Of a stretch of DNA of 64,000 nt, positions 37,545 to 50,335 are shown piece after piece. Each line of letters opens with the position of its first letter. The first letter of the stretch is position 1. Below the pieces are notes generated by a model. That model did no database searches. It was not told the DNA's origin and saw nothing but the letters and a program-made list of their open reading frames with translations. This DNA comes from Glaucostegus cemiculus (Eukaryota), in contig CDPCPM010000091.1 in the NCBI GenBank assembly GCA_976551045.1, forward strand, positions 14,818,001 through 14,882,000, given 5' to 3'. The position numbers and the translations under genes were made by a program.

Positions 37545-37720
37545 TTAAATTTATTCGTTCTTTGGGATCTGAGCTTTGGTGGCATAGCCAGCCTTTATTG
37601 TCTATCCTTAAATGCTGTTGAACTGAATGAATTGCTAGGTCATTTTGGGGTGAAATTTAAGCATCAACCACATCAGAAGTTGTTAAAATCCAGGCATCAC
37701 ATGGTATCAGGGGCCTCTCT
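37545..37720 (-). mobile_element. 3' tail fragment of the 18045-type LINE or its SINE
   Basis: TTTATTCGTTCTTTGGGATCTGAG..GCCAGCCTTTATTGTCTATCC similar to 18050-18110. Confidence 0.6.
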
Positions 37721-38449
37721 GCGTCTCGCAAATAGGACTAATTGGGGGGGTGGGCAGGAAGGTCAAGAGTTGTCTTCTGCAAAGACATCAAGAAAGCATC
37801 ATCCACCTGGAACAAGGTTTTCTCTCCTAATTTGTATGTAACTTTTAGTATTGCCTCAAAAATTAGTAATGTAGAAATGAATTAGCACTTAAATCTCGTG
37901 CTGCCCAGCACTGTGTGGGGACTTGCTGCAGCTTTGTAAACAGCCTGGGCTGCCGTGGGCCTGACTGTAACGGTGCACAGCTCCGTGCTACTCCCATCAC
38001 CACACTTCCCACAGCACCACAGGCCCAAACAAATACAGGGTCTCCCTGCTGATGCCGGCAGTCAGTGAGCAGTGACTGGGCAACAGGAGGGGCGTCCCAA
38101 AGCCGCCTGCTGTCGAAGGGTATCAAACTTTTCAAATGTTTTTGACATCTATGAATTAGAATAATGTTAAATAATGTAATAAATTTACCTAAAATATATT
38201 TAAGTGATGTAAATTAACTAAAAGAATTACAACTAAGTAAGCTAAAGGAGAAAATGAACACTTACCTGCACTTTTCAGTCCAGGTCAGTGACGCCGTTAA
38301 AATGAATGGGCCGAGTGGCCTGCTTCTGCTCCATTATCTTGTGATTTAATGAACCAGCTATCGTGACGTAAAGCTGAGGGGTTGGACATAGTGACTCCAG
38401 CCCATCAGCTCAGCAAGTCTGAGCTCCACCCCAGCCTCAGTGGCCAACT

Positions 38450-38610
38450 CGGCCCTGATGGTCCAGGTCCCAGGCTTCATCGCGTCGAGCTGAGTATTCT
38501 TTTAAGGTGGGTGGCTGATCACATCAGGCATCACAGGGCAAGGTCTGGCTCCAGTGCCGAGCGCGCTCAGGGTGACTGGCGTCCCGCACTGCTGCGTGGG
38601 TATTATCTGA
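38450..38610 (-). mobile_element. RTE-like LINE 5' UTR plus first codons, copy 2
   Basis: ATG at 38480 gives MKPGTWTIR; about 150 bp collinear with 36445-36590. Confidence 0.55.
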
Positions 38611-38877
38611 CATGTCTCCATACACACGTGGGAGTCCGAGGAGACCAGTCCAGGAAGAGGTGCTCTACGCTTTGGTGCTCTACTGAACCACTGGCAAGAG
38701 GTAAATATGTTTCAGGCCGGTGGTCTGCTCTGCTCTGCATGTGGCAGAGCGAGTGGAGGTATTGGGGCAAGGGTGCCGAAGGGTTGACAGTAGGCATAGA
38801 GGGTTAGTTGTAAGCTGGTGAAGTGATGGAGGTATCGTGGGAAGTGGTGTCAGGGGTAGGACCTTAGCAGGATTTTT

Positions 38878-39385
38878 GGTCACCCTGCTATAGGAAGGAT
38901 GCCATTAAGCTGGAAAGAGTGCGGAGGAGGTTTACAAGGATTTAGCTGAGACTTGAGAGACTGAGTTGTGGAGAGAGGTTGAGCAGGGTGGGACTTTTTT
39001 TCATTGGAGTGTAGGAGAATGAGGGGGGATCTTACAGAGGTGTGTCAGATCATGAGGGGCATAGATAGGGTCAACGTGCACAGTCTTTTCCCCAGGGTAG
39101 GGGAATGAAGAATTAGAGGGCACAGGTTTAAGGTGAGAGGAGAGAGATTTAACAGGAACCTGGGTAGCAACTTTTTCACCCAGAGGGTGGTCAGTACATG
39201 GAACGAGCTGCCAGGGCAAGCGGCTGAGGCAGGTACATTAACAACGTTTAACAGGTACATGGATAGGAAAGGTTTAGAGGGATATGGGATAAATGCAGGC
39301 AAATGGGGACAAGCTTAGATAGGAATTCTGGTTGGCATGAACCAGTGGGGCTGAAGAGCCCGTTTCCGTGCTGTGTGACTCGGGG
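38878..39385 (+). mobile_element. CR1 3' end
   Basis: FFTQRVVSTWNELP..EAGTL; tail GGGGCTGAAGAGCCCGTTTCCGTGCTGTGTGACTC. Confidence 0.9.
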
Positions 39386-39974
39386 CTCAGGGACTTCAGG
39401 GATCAGGCAACTGACTGAGGGAAGGGACACTTAGAGAAGAATTGAGCAAAAGGACCATCGAAGGTAGGGACATTGGTGGGGTGGGGGTCAGGACATCAAG
39501 GGACAGGGTATTGGGAAGGGAATAATCGGTGGATAGAGGTTATGGGAAGAGAAGGCAGGGTTTTGGGGGGGTGAAGTAAAAGGGGGCGTGAGTTGTCAAA
39601 CACATCGTCAGAAGACCCGAACAAAATCAGCAGTAGGGGAGGGATGCAAAAAAAACTCTGAGAGGATCTGCCTGATAGAAGGTCAATACCTTGGACTCCA
39701 TGACTATGGTGTGAGTAGGCCCAGGCCCCTGTAAATAGCATGGGACCCTCAGCCCTGCAGAGACGGCCTGCTTCTGCGTGACTGCCCCATGCCATTTGGA
39801 GGCTTTGGATTCTCAAGTGAATTTCAAAACCCATGTTGCACACAGCCCGGCATCACAAGTGTCACCGTCCGTGCCCACCGGACCCTGTGTGTGTGTGCGG
39901 ATTCCCATATGCTGAGGGCCTGGAACAAAGTATCCAAACTAAACAACCTGTAAAATTGCTTTGAATGATACTGA

Positions 39975-40325
39975 GAGGAATAAGATATTGAGAGGAATAG
40001 ATAGAGTTGACAGCCAGCACCTCTTTCCCAGAGCGCAGATGCACAAGACGAGAGGGCATGGCTTTAAGATATTGGGTGGAAAGTTTAGGGGAGATGTCAG
40101 AGGGAAGTTTTTCACCCAGAGAGTGGTTGGCGCATGGAATGCGCTGCCTGGGGTGGTAGTAGAGGCAGATACGTTGGACAGGTTCAAGAGATTGTTAGAT
40201 AGGCACATGGAAGAATGTGGAATAGTAGGATATGTGGAAGGAAAGAGCTAGATTGTGAGACGTTTGAAGGACGGCACAACTTGGTGGGCCGAAGGGCCTG
40301 TTTTATGCTGTATTGTTCTATGATA
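39975..40325 (+). mobile_element. CR1 3' end, subfamily of 30821
   Basis: KILRGIDRVDSQHLFPRA..FFTQRVVGAWNALPG; GGGCCGAAGGGCCTGTT stem-loop. Confidence 0.93.
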
Positions 40326-40525
40326 CACAGAAATATGATGCTGTGTAGAAGGATTTTTCCCCACAGTGTTTTGTTTATCTTATTTACAACTTCACTCCAT
40401 CTGAAGGATCCATTCAATAATCTAATGCCCACAGTTTGCACTCCTTTGGACATTTCTTACGTATCTCTTGGTATCAATGCACTATAAATCCTCTTTGTAG
40501 AAAAATTGGTAAGTTGGTTTATTCA

Positions 40526-40806
40526 GCAGGTATGGTAGTATAGCAGTTAGTGTAATGCTATTACAAGTGCCAGTGGCCCAGGTTCAAATCTGGCCATTGT
40601 CTGTAAGGAGTTTGTACATTCTCCCAGTGTCTGTGTGGGTTTCCTCCGGGTGCTCTGGTTTCCTCCCACATTCCAAAGACGTACAGGTTAGGAAGCTGTG
40701 GACATGCTATGTTGGCACCGGAAGCGTGGCGACTCTTGCAGGCTGCCCCCAGAACACTCTACACAAAAGGTGTATTTCAATGTGCATTTGACTAATAAAG
40801 ATATCT
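40526..40806 (+). mobile_element. V-SINE type B (Rex1-like tail)
   Basis: Head, V-domain, GGAAGCGTGGCGACTCTTGCAGGCTGCCCCC, TGACTAATAAAGATATCT. Confidence 0.9.
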
Positions 40807-43800
40807 TATTATTGTCATGTACCAAGGTACAGTGAAAAACTTGTCTTGCATACCATTCATGCAGATCAATTCATTATACCAGGGCATTGAGGTAGTACAA
40901 GGTAAAACAATTACAGAATGCAGAATGGAGGGGGTAGATAATAATGTGCAAGGTCATAACGAGATAGACTTTGACCTCACAGTCTATCTTATTATATGCG
41001 ATACCATTCAATAGTTTTATAACAGCAGAATAGAAGCTGTCCTTGAGCCTGGTGGTATGTGTTTTCAGGCTTTTGTAACTTCTTCCCAATGGGAGGGGGA
41101 GAAGGGAGAATATCTGGGGTGGGTGGGTCTTTGATTATGCTGGCTGCTTTACTGAGGCAGCAGAAAGTGTTGACAGAGTCCATGGAGGGAAGGTTGGTTT
41201 CCATGATGTGCTGAGCTGTGTCCACAGCTCTCTGCAGTTTCTTACAGTCATGGGCAGAGCAGTTTCCGTACCGAGCCATGATGCATCCAGATAGGATGCT
41301 TTCTATGGTGCATTGATAAAAATTGGTGAGGGTCAAAGGGGCCATGCCAAATTTCTTCAGCCTCCTGAGGAAGTAAAGGTGCTGGTGAGCTTTCTTGGCC
41401 ATGGCAGGACAGGCTATTGGTGATGTTCACTCCTAGGAACTTAAAGATCTCGACCTCAGCACTGTTGATGTAAACAGGAGCCATGTGTATCAGCCCCTCT
41501 TCCTGAAGTCAATGACCAGCTCTTTTTTGTTTTGCTAACATTGAGGGAACATAGTAACCATGTCACTAAGCTCTCTCTCCTTCCTGTGTTCCAACCCATC
41601 ATTATTTGAGGTTCAGCCCACTCCGGTGGTATTATCTACAGACTTGTAGATGGAGTTAGAGCAGGATCTGGCCACGCAGTCATGAGTGTATAGGGAGTAG
41701 GGTAGAGGGCTGAGGACAGAGCCTTATGGGGCACCAGTGTTGAGAATAGTCGTGCCGGAGGTGTTGCTGCCTATCCTCACTGGTTGTGGTCTGTTGGTCA
41801 GGAAGTCAAGAATCCATTTGCAAAGGAGGTGTTAAGTCCCAGGTCTGAGAGCTTGGCAATGAGTTTGCTTGGAGTTATGGCAGTATAGCGGTTAGCGTAA
41901 TGCCATTACAGTGCCAGCGACCCGGGTTCAATTCCGGCTGCTGTTTGTACTTCGTATGTTCTCCCTAGGACTGCTCCAGTTTCCTCCCACATTTCAAAAA
42001 ACATAGAGGTAAGGAAGTTGTGGGCATGCTATGTTAGTGCAGGAAGAGTGGCAACACACGCGGGCTGCCCCCAGCACATTCCCAGACTGTGTTGCTCGTT
42101 AACGCAAAAAGACACATTTCACTGTGTGTGTGTGTGTTTCCCTGTGTGTTTTGATGTACATAAGATATATCTTTATTAGTCACATGTACATCAAAGCACA
42201 CAGTGAAATGAATATTAAAAAATTTAAAATTAGAATATTAAATATTAAAATTATAGCATTGAAGGTGGAGCTGTAGTCAATAAACAAGTCTAATGTAGGT
42301 GTCTTTACTGTCCAGATGCTCCAGAGATGAGTGTAGGGCCAGGCAGATGGCATCCACTGTAGACCTGTTCTGGCAGTAGGTGAACTGCAGTGGGTCGAGG
42401 TTGTCTGGGCGGCTGGAGTTGACGTGTGCCAGGACCTGCCTCTCAAAGCACTTCATGATGGTGGATGTCAGAGCCACTGGGTGGCAGGCATTGAGGCATG
42501 TTACCTTGTTTTTCTTAGGTACCGAGATGAAAGCAGGTGGGAACCTTGGATTGAAATGGGGAGAGGTTAAACATGTCTGCAAATACCCCCGGCAGCTGAT
42601 CTGTGCAGGATCTAAGGGCATGGCCAGGGACACCATCCAGGGCAGATGCTTTCCTCAGCTTCACTCTCTGAATGAATGACTGACCTTACATCTGCAACAG
42701 TAACTATGGGTTCAAGTGCATTGGCGACTGTCAGAGTGGCTGGTGACATGCCAGTCCCCTTCTGTTCAGAACGTCGCATAGGATGGGTTAAACTCATCAG
42801 GAGGGGATGTGCTGTTGTCAGCGATGTTGTCCGACTTCATTTTATAGCCCGTTTATAACATGTCAGCCCTGCCACAACTGATGGCTGGTCTGGGACTCTA
42901 TTTTGGACCGTTATTGTCTCTTGGCATCCCTGCTAGCCTAACAGAGGTTGTATCTCAATTTCTTGTAAAGGCCAAGGCAGCCTGATTTCAACACTGCAGC
43001 CCTGGACTTCAGTGGGGAGTGGATTTCCCAGTTCATTCATGATTCCTGCTTTGGGAACACCCAGATTGTCCTCCTGGTACACAGTCCTCAACACACTTGT
43101 TGATAAAATCCGCGACTGTGGTGACACACTCATCTAGGCTAACTGCTGAGTCCATGAACATGGACCAGTCTACCGACTCAAAGCAGTCACGTAGAAGCTC
43201 ATCTCTTTCCTCAGACCAGCACTGCACGACTCTCTGTACTGGATCCTCACATTTCAACTTCTGTTTGTATGCAGGGTGAAGGAGCACAGCCTGGGGGTCT
43301 GACTTACCTAAACGTGGGCCGGGGGTGGTTTTGTAGACATCTTTGATGGTTGTGTAGCAATGGTCAAGGGTGTTTGTGCCGCTGGTGGGACAGGAGAGTT
43401 GCTGGTAGTATTTTGGTAACACAGCCTTGAAGTTGGCCTGGTTGAAGTCACTGGCTATGATGAAGAGGGCCTCAGTGTATCCTGTGCCAAGGCTGTTGAT
43501 GACAGAGTATAGCTCATGGAGTGCAGGCTTCACATCTGCCTGGGGTGGGATGGAGACTGCCATCAGGATAGCTGAAGTGATCTCCCGCGACAGGTAGTGT
43601 GGGTGACACGTCACTGTTAGATATTTTAAGCTGGGTGAGCAGGAATTCACCAGGAGTGTCATGTCTGAGCACCACGAGGAGTTGATTGGGAAGCAGAACC
43701 CCTCCACCTCTAAATCTGCCCGAAGACTGTGCATGGTTCATCAGGTGAATTGAGAAGCCCTCAGGTTGTAGGGCACAGTCAGGTGAAGCAGGTGTGAGCC

Positions 43801-43950
43801 ACGTTTTGGTGAGACGTAGCACACAGCAGTCCCTTAATTCCCTTTGGTAGGTCAGTCTCAGTCTCGCTCTTAGTTCATCGACTTTGTTCTTGATGTCCTG
43901 GACATTAGCCGGTAGTATGCTGGGGAGGGGGGACTTGAACTATGCTGGTC
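40807..43950 (-). mobile_element. Near-full-length Rex1/Babar LINE (APE endonuclease + RT), degenerate
   Basis: EN: LTKTWL..IASDFNQAN..NTLDHCY..GKSD (43033-43822); RT: VPKKNKVTCLN..PVALTSTIMKCFER..LDPLQF..NRSTVDAI, FIDYSSTFN; C-terminus HLYFLRRLKKFG..IESILSGCI; many frameshifts. Confidence 0.93.
41883..42250 (+). mobile_element. V-SINE type B inserted in the Rex RT, followed by an inverted SINE tail
   Basis: Head TAGCGGTTAGC..GGGTTCAATTCC; flanks TTATGGCA (41875) and TTATAGCA (42251); inverted tail at about 42170-42210. Confidence 0.85.
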
Positions 43951-44719
43951 CAGTCTCGCCTGCAGCCGAGCCCTCTTACCACATTCCTGATGCAAGTGGC
44001 TGCGTGTGGTCGGTCCTGGAGCGGAGCCTCTCGGACTGGGAGGTAAGTGACTGCTTAAGGACAGACCTGGAGGACCTGAAGTGGATTTATCTTGTGATCT
44101 TGTGAACTGGACTGGAAGGTAAGTTATTTCTTCTGGGCAAACCTGGAAGACCTGGAGTGGATTTGGCTGGCCTGTAAGGTCAAATTATATTTGATGGACA
44201 ATCTAATAGGATTCACCCAAAGACTTTGATTTAACTTTGCTGTTTCATTAAGCTCAATAAGAATCTTGTAAGTGTATCTGTGTAAACACTTGCAAAACAT
44301 TCTGACATCAGTATTTCAGCTGAATATTCTGATTTCAGTGGGCAGTCTCGGCAGAAGTGGAGCATCATCAGAATCATTCCACTTGAATTGGTCTTTGGTT
44401 CATACACTGCCAGACTGTGTCTGCCACAAAATGTACATTTAACTTCACAGGTGATATGCACCTGTGTTCTCCAGCAAGAACTGCCCTTAAATGCAGTGAG
44501 ATTTGTGCAGAATGAAATAACACCACAAACTAGAAATTGGACCTTTGGTGCATGTTTTTTACAACTAAATCACACACAAAAGTAATTGTGTGCACATTAG
44601 ATCACATTAGCAACTGTTACTGGTAAATTAGTGACCCATGAAAACGGCTGGATACTTCTGGGTGCAGTTCAGATTTTCCCACGTTATACTCAATTTGTGA
44701 GTTCTTTGCTAACCCACTT

Positions 44720-46690
44720 GGTCTATCTTATCCTTAAATGAGGAGACCAACACTGCACACACAACTCCAGACTAGGTCTTGGTATAGAATATTTCTTATG
44801 TCCTCCTCACAAGTTACTTACCTATCTATCTTTGGTCATCAGCAAATTTAGCATCCGTATCATTAGTGCTTTCATCCAAGTCCTTGTATTAAATTGTAAA
44901 GTGAGGCCCCATCACAAGTCCCTGTGGTACACCATGCGTTATGTATTGCCAACAAGAAAAAGACCTATTTTTGCTTACTTTCTGTTTCTTGTAAGACAGT
45001 CTTCTATCCATGGCAAAATGTTGCCTCCTACAATATCAGCTTTTATTTTTCACAATAATCTTTAATGTGGCATCTTATCAAATACCTTCTACACTTAGGT
45101 TTCCAGTATATCCACTGGTTTCCTATTATCCACAGCACACGTTACTTTTCAAAGATTTCCAATGGATTGGTCGAACAAGATTTACCTTTCACAAAATCAT
45201 GTTGAATTTTCCCAAGAGCCCTGCTTCAATGTCTTTATAGTTTTGAACATTTTCGATATGACAGATGTTAAGCTAACTGCCCTGTGGTTTCCTGCCTTCC
45301 ATTTCCCTCCGTTGCTGAACGCAGGAGTTATATTTGCTATTTTCCAATCCAATAGTACTTCCCTGAAGCAGCTATCTCACTAGTCATTTCTTTTAAAACC
45401 TTTGGCTGAAATCTATCAGGACCCAAAGACTTGTCAGCCTGCAGTTCAATACCACTGTCCTAATGGTTGCAGTTTTCCCGAGTTCCTCCCTCCTCTCCAG
45501 TTCCCAAATTAGAACAATCTCTGTGATGTTAGTTGTATCTTTTATAGTGAGGACGGATGCAAATTAATTTATCTGCCATCTCCTTGCTTTCCATTATTAT
45601 TTCCCTACATTCACTTTCTGTAGGATCAATGCTCACCTTGTTAACTTTTTTAAAATCGATAGAAACTTATTATATTTTTACAGTTGTGGCTGACGTATTC
45701 TAATTTTCTTTCCTTGTTATTTTTTTCAGTCACTTGTTTTTCATATTTGTCCAGTCTATTGACTTGCCACCTGCCTTTGAATCATTGTTATTTTTATAAT
45801 TTGGTACTATTTTTAGTTTTTAATTAACCACAGATACTGAGTCAACCCCTTGGAAATTTTATTTTTCAATGCTATTTTCTTTGTATTCTGAAAGATACCT
45901 GTGAATGTCTGTGATTGCATCTCAACTGACTGATTCCTTAACCTAATTTGCCTATTTACTTTAGCTAGTTCTGCTTTCACGCTATGACAATTGCCCCTTA
46001 TTTACGGTTAAAATACAAGTATCAGCCCCATTCTTCTCTATCTCAAACTGAACACAAAATTCAGTCATGTTATGATTCATGCTGCCTAGAGATTCCTTCA
46101 GCATGAGGTCATTAATTACTCCTACGTCAACAATCCTATCTCATTGCACAGTATAACCTGCTCTCTGGTTGGCTACACAATGTAGTGTTCTACCTAACCC
46201 ACAAAAACGCCAATGAGAGCCTCTTCTAAACTACCTCTGCCCATCTGATTATTTTAGTAAAAAAACTGTAAAGTTTCTTGAGATTATCACCATAGCTTTC
46301 TGACAAGCTCCCATTATTTCTTCCTTCATACCTTTGCCCTACCATGTGGTTACTGCTAGAGGGGCTACACACCACTCCCACATCTAACTTACTGCCTTTT
46401 ATTATTTCTCATCTCCACCCAAACTGTTTCCCTATCTCAGACTCCTGATCACGAGTCATTCCTTTCTACTGCATTAAGACCATCATTAGCTAACCGAGCC
46501 ACTCCTCCACCTTTCCCTAGCTTCCTGACTTTTCTAATATCGTGTGCCTTTCATTATTCACACAATCTGTACCATCCTGCAATCACTGTCTCTGCAATGG
46601 CCATCACTATTTATTGCTGTTTGCACTCTCAGCTCATCTAGTTTGCTTTGAATGCTGCATGGCTTCAGATACCAAGCCTTTGATTTTTTT
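44720..46690 (-). mobile_element. Old CR1 ORF2 (EN + RT), heavily deleted
   Basis: WYLKPCSIQSKLDELRVQ resembles the EN start LYLNARSI.NK.DEL; reversed RT motifs GTCATCAGCAAATTT and CATCTTATCAAATACCTTC. Confidence 0.7.
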
Positions 46691-46964
46691 TCTTTCATTA
46701 GTTTTGATACCTTTAACTTTTGGATTGGTACTTGGTCCTTTCCTGTCACAGTCTAATATTTCTAATATTAATGCCTTTTTTCCATTCTTTGATTTGTCAC
46801 GTCTTTGTAACTTTGTTCCTTTATCTGACTAGAAGCTTAAAGCCCTTTAGTCTCTCACAGTTATGCAGCTCACCTGCGTGGTTCAGGTGTACAAATATTT
46901 GGTACATTAAAGGTGGAAGAACAGTTTGTGATTTGCTTTCTATTATTAGAAAATACAAACACAC

Positions 46965-47260
46965 ACATTTAAGAACCTGTGTAGGCTATTTGACCCCTTA
47001 AGCCTACTTCAGTTAGATCATGGCTGACCTCAACTGTACACTATTACTTGCGTCCGATAGATTTTCACCTTCTTGCTTATCAAGTATTTATTTACTTCTC
47101 CTTTACAAACATACACAGACTTTGCTTTTATCATCATTTTGTTGAAGAGGGTTCCATAGATTCACAACGCTTTGAGAGAAATCACCTCATTTCTATCTTC
47201 AATGTGCAACCCTTTTTTTAAAAACAGTATCCCTAGTTTCCAGGTTTTGCATTACAATGT
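46965..47260 (-). mobile_element. Old CR1 3' end
   Basis: AGAACCTGTGTAGGCTATTTGACCC..AGATCATGGCTGA..GTTCCATAGATTCACAAC. Confidence 0.6.
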
Positions 47261-47329
47261 CCCACTTGAGCTCCTTGTATCAGAAGTAAAACTCCAATTG
47301 TGGTACAAGGTGAAACTCTGTCAAGAGAA

Positions 47330-47860
47330 TAAGTTTGTGCAGATGACATCAAGTTAGGAGGCATGTTAGGCAGTCTGAATGAAAGCAGGAATGTAACATA
47401 GCTATGCAGCTAGATTAAGTGACTCAGCAAAATCATAGCAAATGTTTAAGATCAATTAATTTGGATGTAAAGGGATTAAGTTATTGGTGCAGGTTGCATA
47501 ATTCCCTTGACTACAAAATATTGAGGGCTGATCTAATCAGATACTTAAAATGATAGACGATTTGACAAAGTTTTGAAGGGAGACTATTTCTTCTGGTGGA
47601 ATAAATTAAAGTAAGAGGCATAGTAAAATTAGAGCCAATCCATTCGAGAGTGAAATCAGAAAGGATCCCTTCACATCATGTAATAGAAATCTGGCACTCT
47701 GTTTGCCCAAAAGATGGGGAATTAATTGAGTCTTTCAAGACCGAAGTTGGTTGTTTTTGCTCAGTAACCAGCCAAGATACATTAAGAAAGGATGGGATTG
47801 AGCACAAGTCAGGCATGGTCAAGTTGAGCAGAGTAGAACAAAAAAACTGGAAGATCTAGT
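47330..47860 (+). mobile_element. Old CR1 RT-to-3' fragment
   Basis: AAGTTTGTGCAGATGACATCAAGTTAGGAGG (KFADDTKLG-like); GTAATAGAAATCTGGCACTCT. Confidence 0.6.
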
Positions 47861-49969
47861 TCCATTGATAACTACACCACACATGGAAGCTTAACACAAA
47901 TATCACAAGCGCAGTATTAAGTTGGCTGTGCTTCTATAAACAGTCGGTAATAATTTCTTCACTGGCGTGTCTAAAAAGCAAAAAATACTGATGGATTGAT
48001 AATTTAACGGGGCAGTTTTTGGAACTGACGCAGATTTGGTGACAGACTGTTCTGAACTATTTGCACACTCCTTTATTTCCTCTTCTGTGACGCTGCTTTC
48101 AGTCTGTAACAAACTTTGCATTTTGCCCCCAGAATTAGAACAAAATTAGTTCCTTTAAAAGTCCCCAAACAACTTTCCACCACAATACCAATTAACGTTT
48201 TGGTGAAATTGATTATACATTGATTTGATCTAAGTGACATGTGCATACCATGTAAACGGCCTATTTGAGATGCTTTACAATGCTAAAGGTGCAACAAATA
48301 ATGTTAGTTGTTGAAGTTGTGGATTTGCATTGGCATCAGTATCTTTTGGTACAGACTTGCTCCTTTCGTCTGAACAGTTAGTATCATGGGGAGATGAGAA
48401 GGGGAAGTGAATTATGTTTTTATTCACTTTGAGATAGAATTAGTTCACATCCTGCTGATTTGTTTGAATGTTGTGTTTCCAACTATTAGTCCAATGCAAA
48501 AAATCTCAGTTTTTAAATGTTATAACAATCCCTGTTTCCAATCAATTTACATTTGGGAAAGTTGCATGTTATTCAACTGAGGCTTCTGTCATTTTTTTTC
48601 TCTTGCTTATCTCACTACCCTAGCATCTGTAAACAGTTCAGCAGTCAAACTGCTCCTGAGAATTATTAAGCAGGTACTCCAGGTTATTGTAAGATTTCTT
48701 TGGTAGTCTCTTCTCCATATTCCCAGCACGTGGGCAAAGGCTGTACAATCCAAGAGTGGTGAGACTGGAATCAGTAACAGAATAAGATCGACATCCTGAA
48801 ATTTAGGTTACAAACTTAAGTCAACCACCTTCATGGTGAAGATCCCTCCTCCCCAACATGTTCCTTCTTTGAAAAGTGATGCCATGTTGAAAGTACAAAG
48901 AAATTATCAATTAAGACGGGCATTGTTAATTGGTTTTATCCTCCTGCACAAGAAGTTGAGACCAAGCCAAATGTTTTTCCTACCATCTGGACAGTTATTT
49001 CTGGCAGGGAATTGAAACCAAAGTTTTTTGTTCTATGAGACTATCAGACTCGGCACCCAGCTAGGGAGCATTTGACAAACTTGATGCTACAACAATGTAT
49101 TAGTGTTCTTCAAGTAAAGTATTGAAGCCATTTCTCAAGGGAAAAGACCGTACTGGTATTTTGGGGTTAAGGGGATCATTTTCAGATTGGCGGTCAATGC
49201 TGTAATATTGGTTGTCTTTGTCCATTGAAACCAGTGTGATGAAGATTGGATGAGGACTATAACAGAAGGGTGATCCATTCACCATGTAACCATACTGATG
49301 TGAAGTTGAAAATAACCCTCAATGCCTCTGGAGTGTTAATCTGATATATTTGTCAATTATATAGTTTAAGCCATATCTATACACGCCATAGCTCTACTAA
49401 AATTCATTTACCTTGCTGACATCTACAACCTTTTGTTCCAATTTCACCCCATAATAAAACAAAACATGCACAGAAGTTATACTGATAATAAATTACCGTG
49501 ATGTATGTTGTGGCAATGATTGACCAAAGTAACTGTAGACGTAAGTAGTCGAAAGTAAACCAAGTGTTGCTCTGTGTTAACTCGGCCTGCGTTCAGAAAG
49601 ACCGAAGCATGACAATCCAGCCCTGCTTGCAAGTGAGTTTCGTTGTTATATTCCCTAGGGCTCCCTGCAGTGCTGGTAAATGTAGGGTGTTAGTAAGAAC
49701 CAGCAGACCACTGCTAGGAAGTGGCAGAGGAAGCCAGGTTAGCAGAGAACAGGAATTGAGATGAGAAGGGAGTGAGAGGGAGAAGGGAACCCAAGAGGGA
49801 CAGGTAAGGAAGGGGAAGAGATGTAGGAAGACCAAGGCGAAACCTAAAGAGGGAGAGAATCAGGGTGGGAGTTTCAAGGGAGAGAGGTTGACTATATTTA
49901 TATGCTCACACACACACACACACGTGTGTCTGTCTGTCCGTCCATGTGTATGCATGTGCCAAATCATTG

Positions 49970-50092
49970 TGGCTGACCCTGATGTCCACTTGTCGTGGAC
50001 TTCCGTGCCACTGGACCAAGACCTCGCTCTGTGGTAGCTGGTATGCAGAGGCCACCCCACGTTTCAAAACAGATTCATACACGGGCATCCGC
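49970..50092 (+). mobile_element. Third RTE-like 5' UTR-related fragment
   Basis: GCCACTGGACCAAGACCT..GGTATGCAGAGGCCACCCCACGTT resembles the reverse complement of the 36490-36560 and 38505-38570 segments. Confidence 0.4.
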
Positions 50093-50100
50093 AACACAGA

Positions 50101-50335
50101 GTGAAGTGCATTTTTTGCATAGTGTTCTGGGGACAGCCCGCAAGTGTCGCCACACTTCTGGCACCAACATAGCACGCCCACAACTTCCTAACCCGGACGT
50201 CTTTGGAATGTGGGAGGAAACCGGAGCAGACACACAGGGAGAACGTACAGACTCCTTACAGACAGTGGCGGGAATTGAACCCGGGCTGCTGGTACTATAA
50301 AGCGTTACGCTAACCGCTACACTATCGTGCTTGCT
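50101..50335 (-). mobile_element. V-SINE type B
   Basis: GGGACAGCCCGCAAGTGTCGCCAC..GGAATGTGGGAGGAAACCGGAGCA..GGAATTGAACCC..GCTAACCGCTAC; AACACAGA at 50093 and 50336. Confidence 0.9.

Noticed and set aside
38255-38350. Perfect minus-strand donor CAG|GTAAGT near 38265
   Set aside because: The upstream sequence includes a CR1-type tail fragment, and I found no convincing acceptor or frame.
43033-43734. 233-aa ORF as a functional nuclease gene
   Set aside because: It is the APE domain of a frameshifted Rex1/Babar copy with degraded catalytic motifs.
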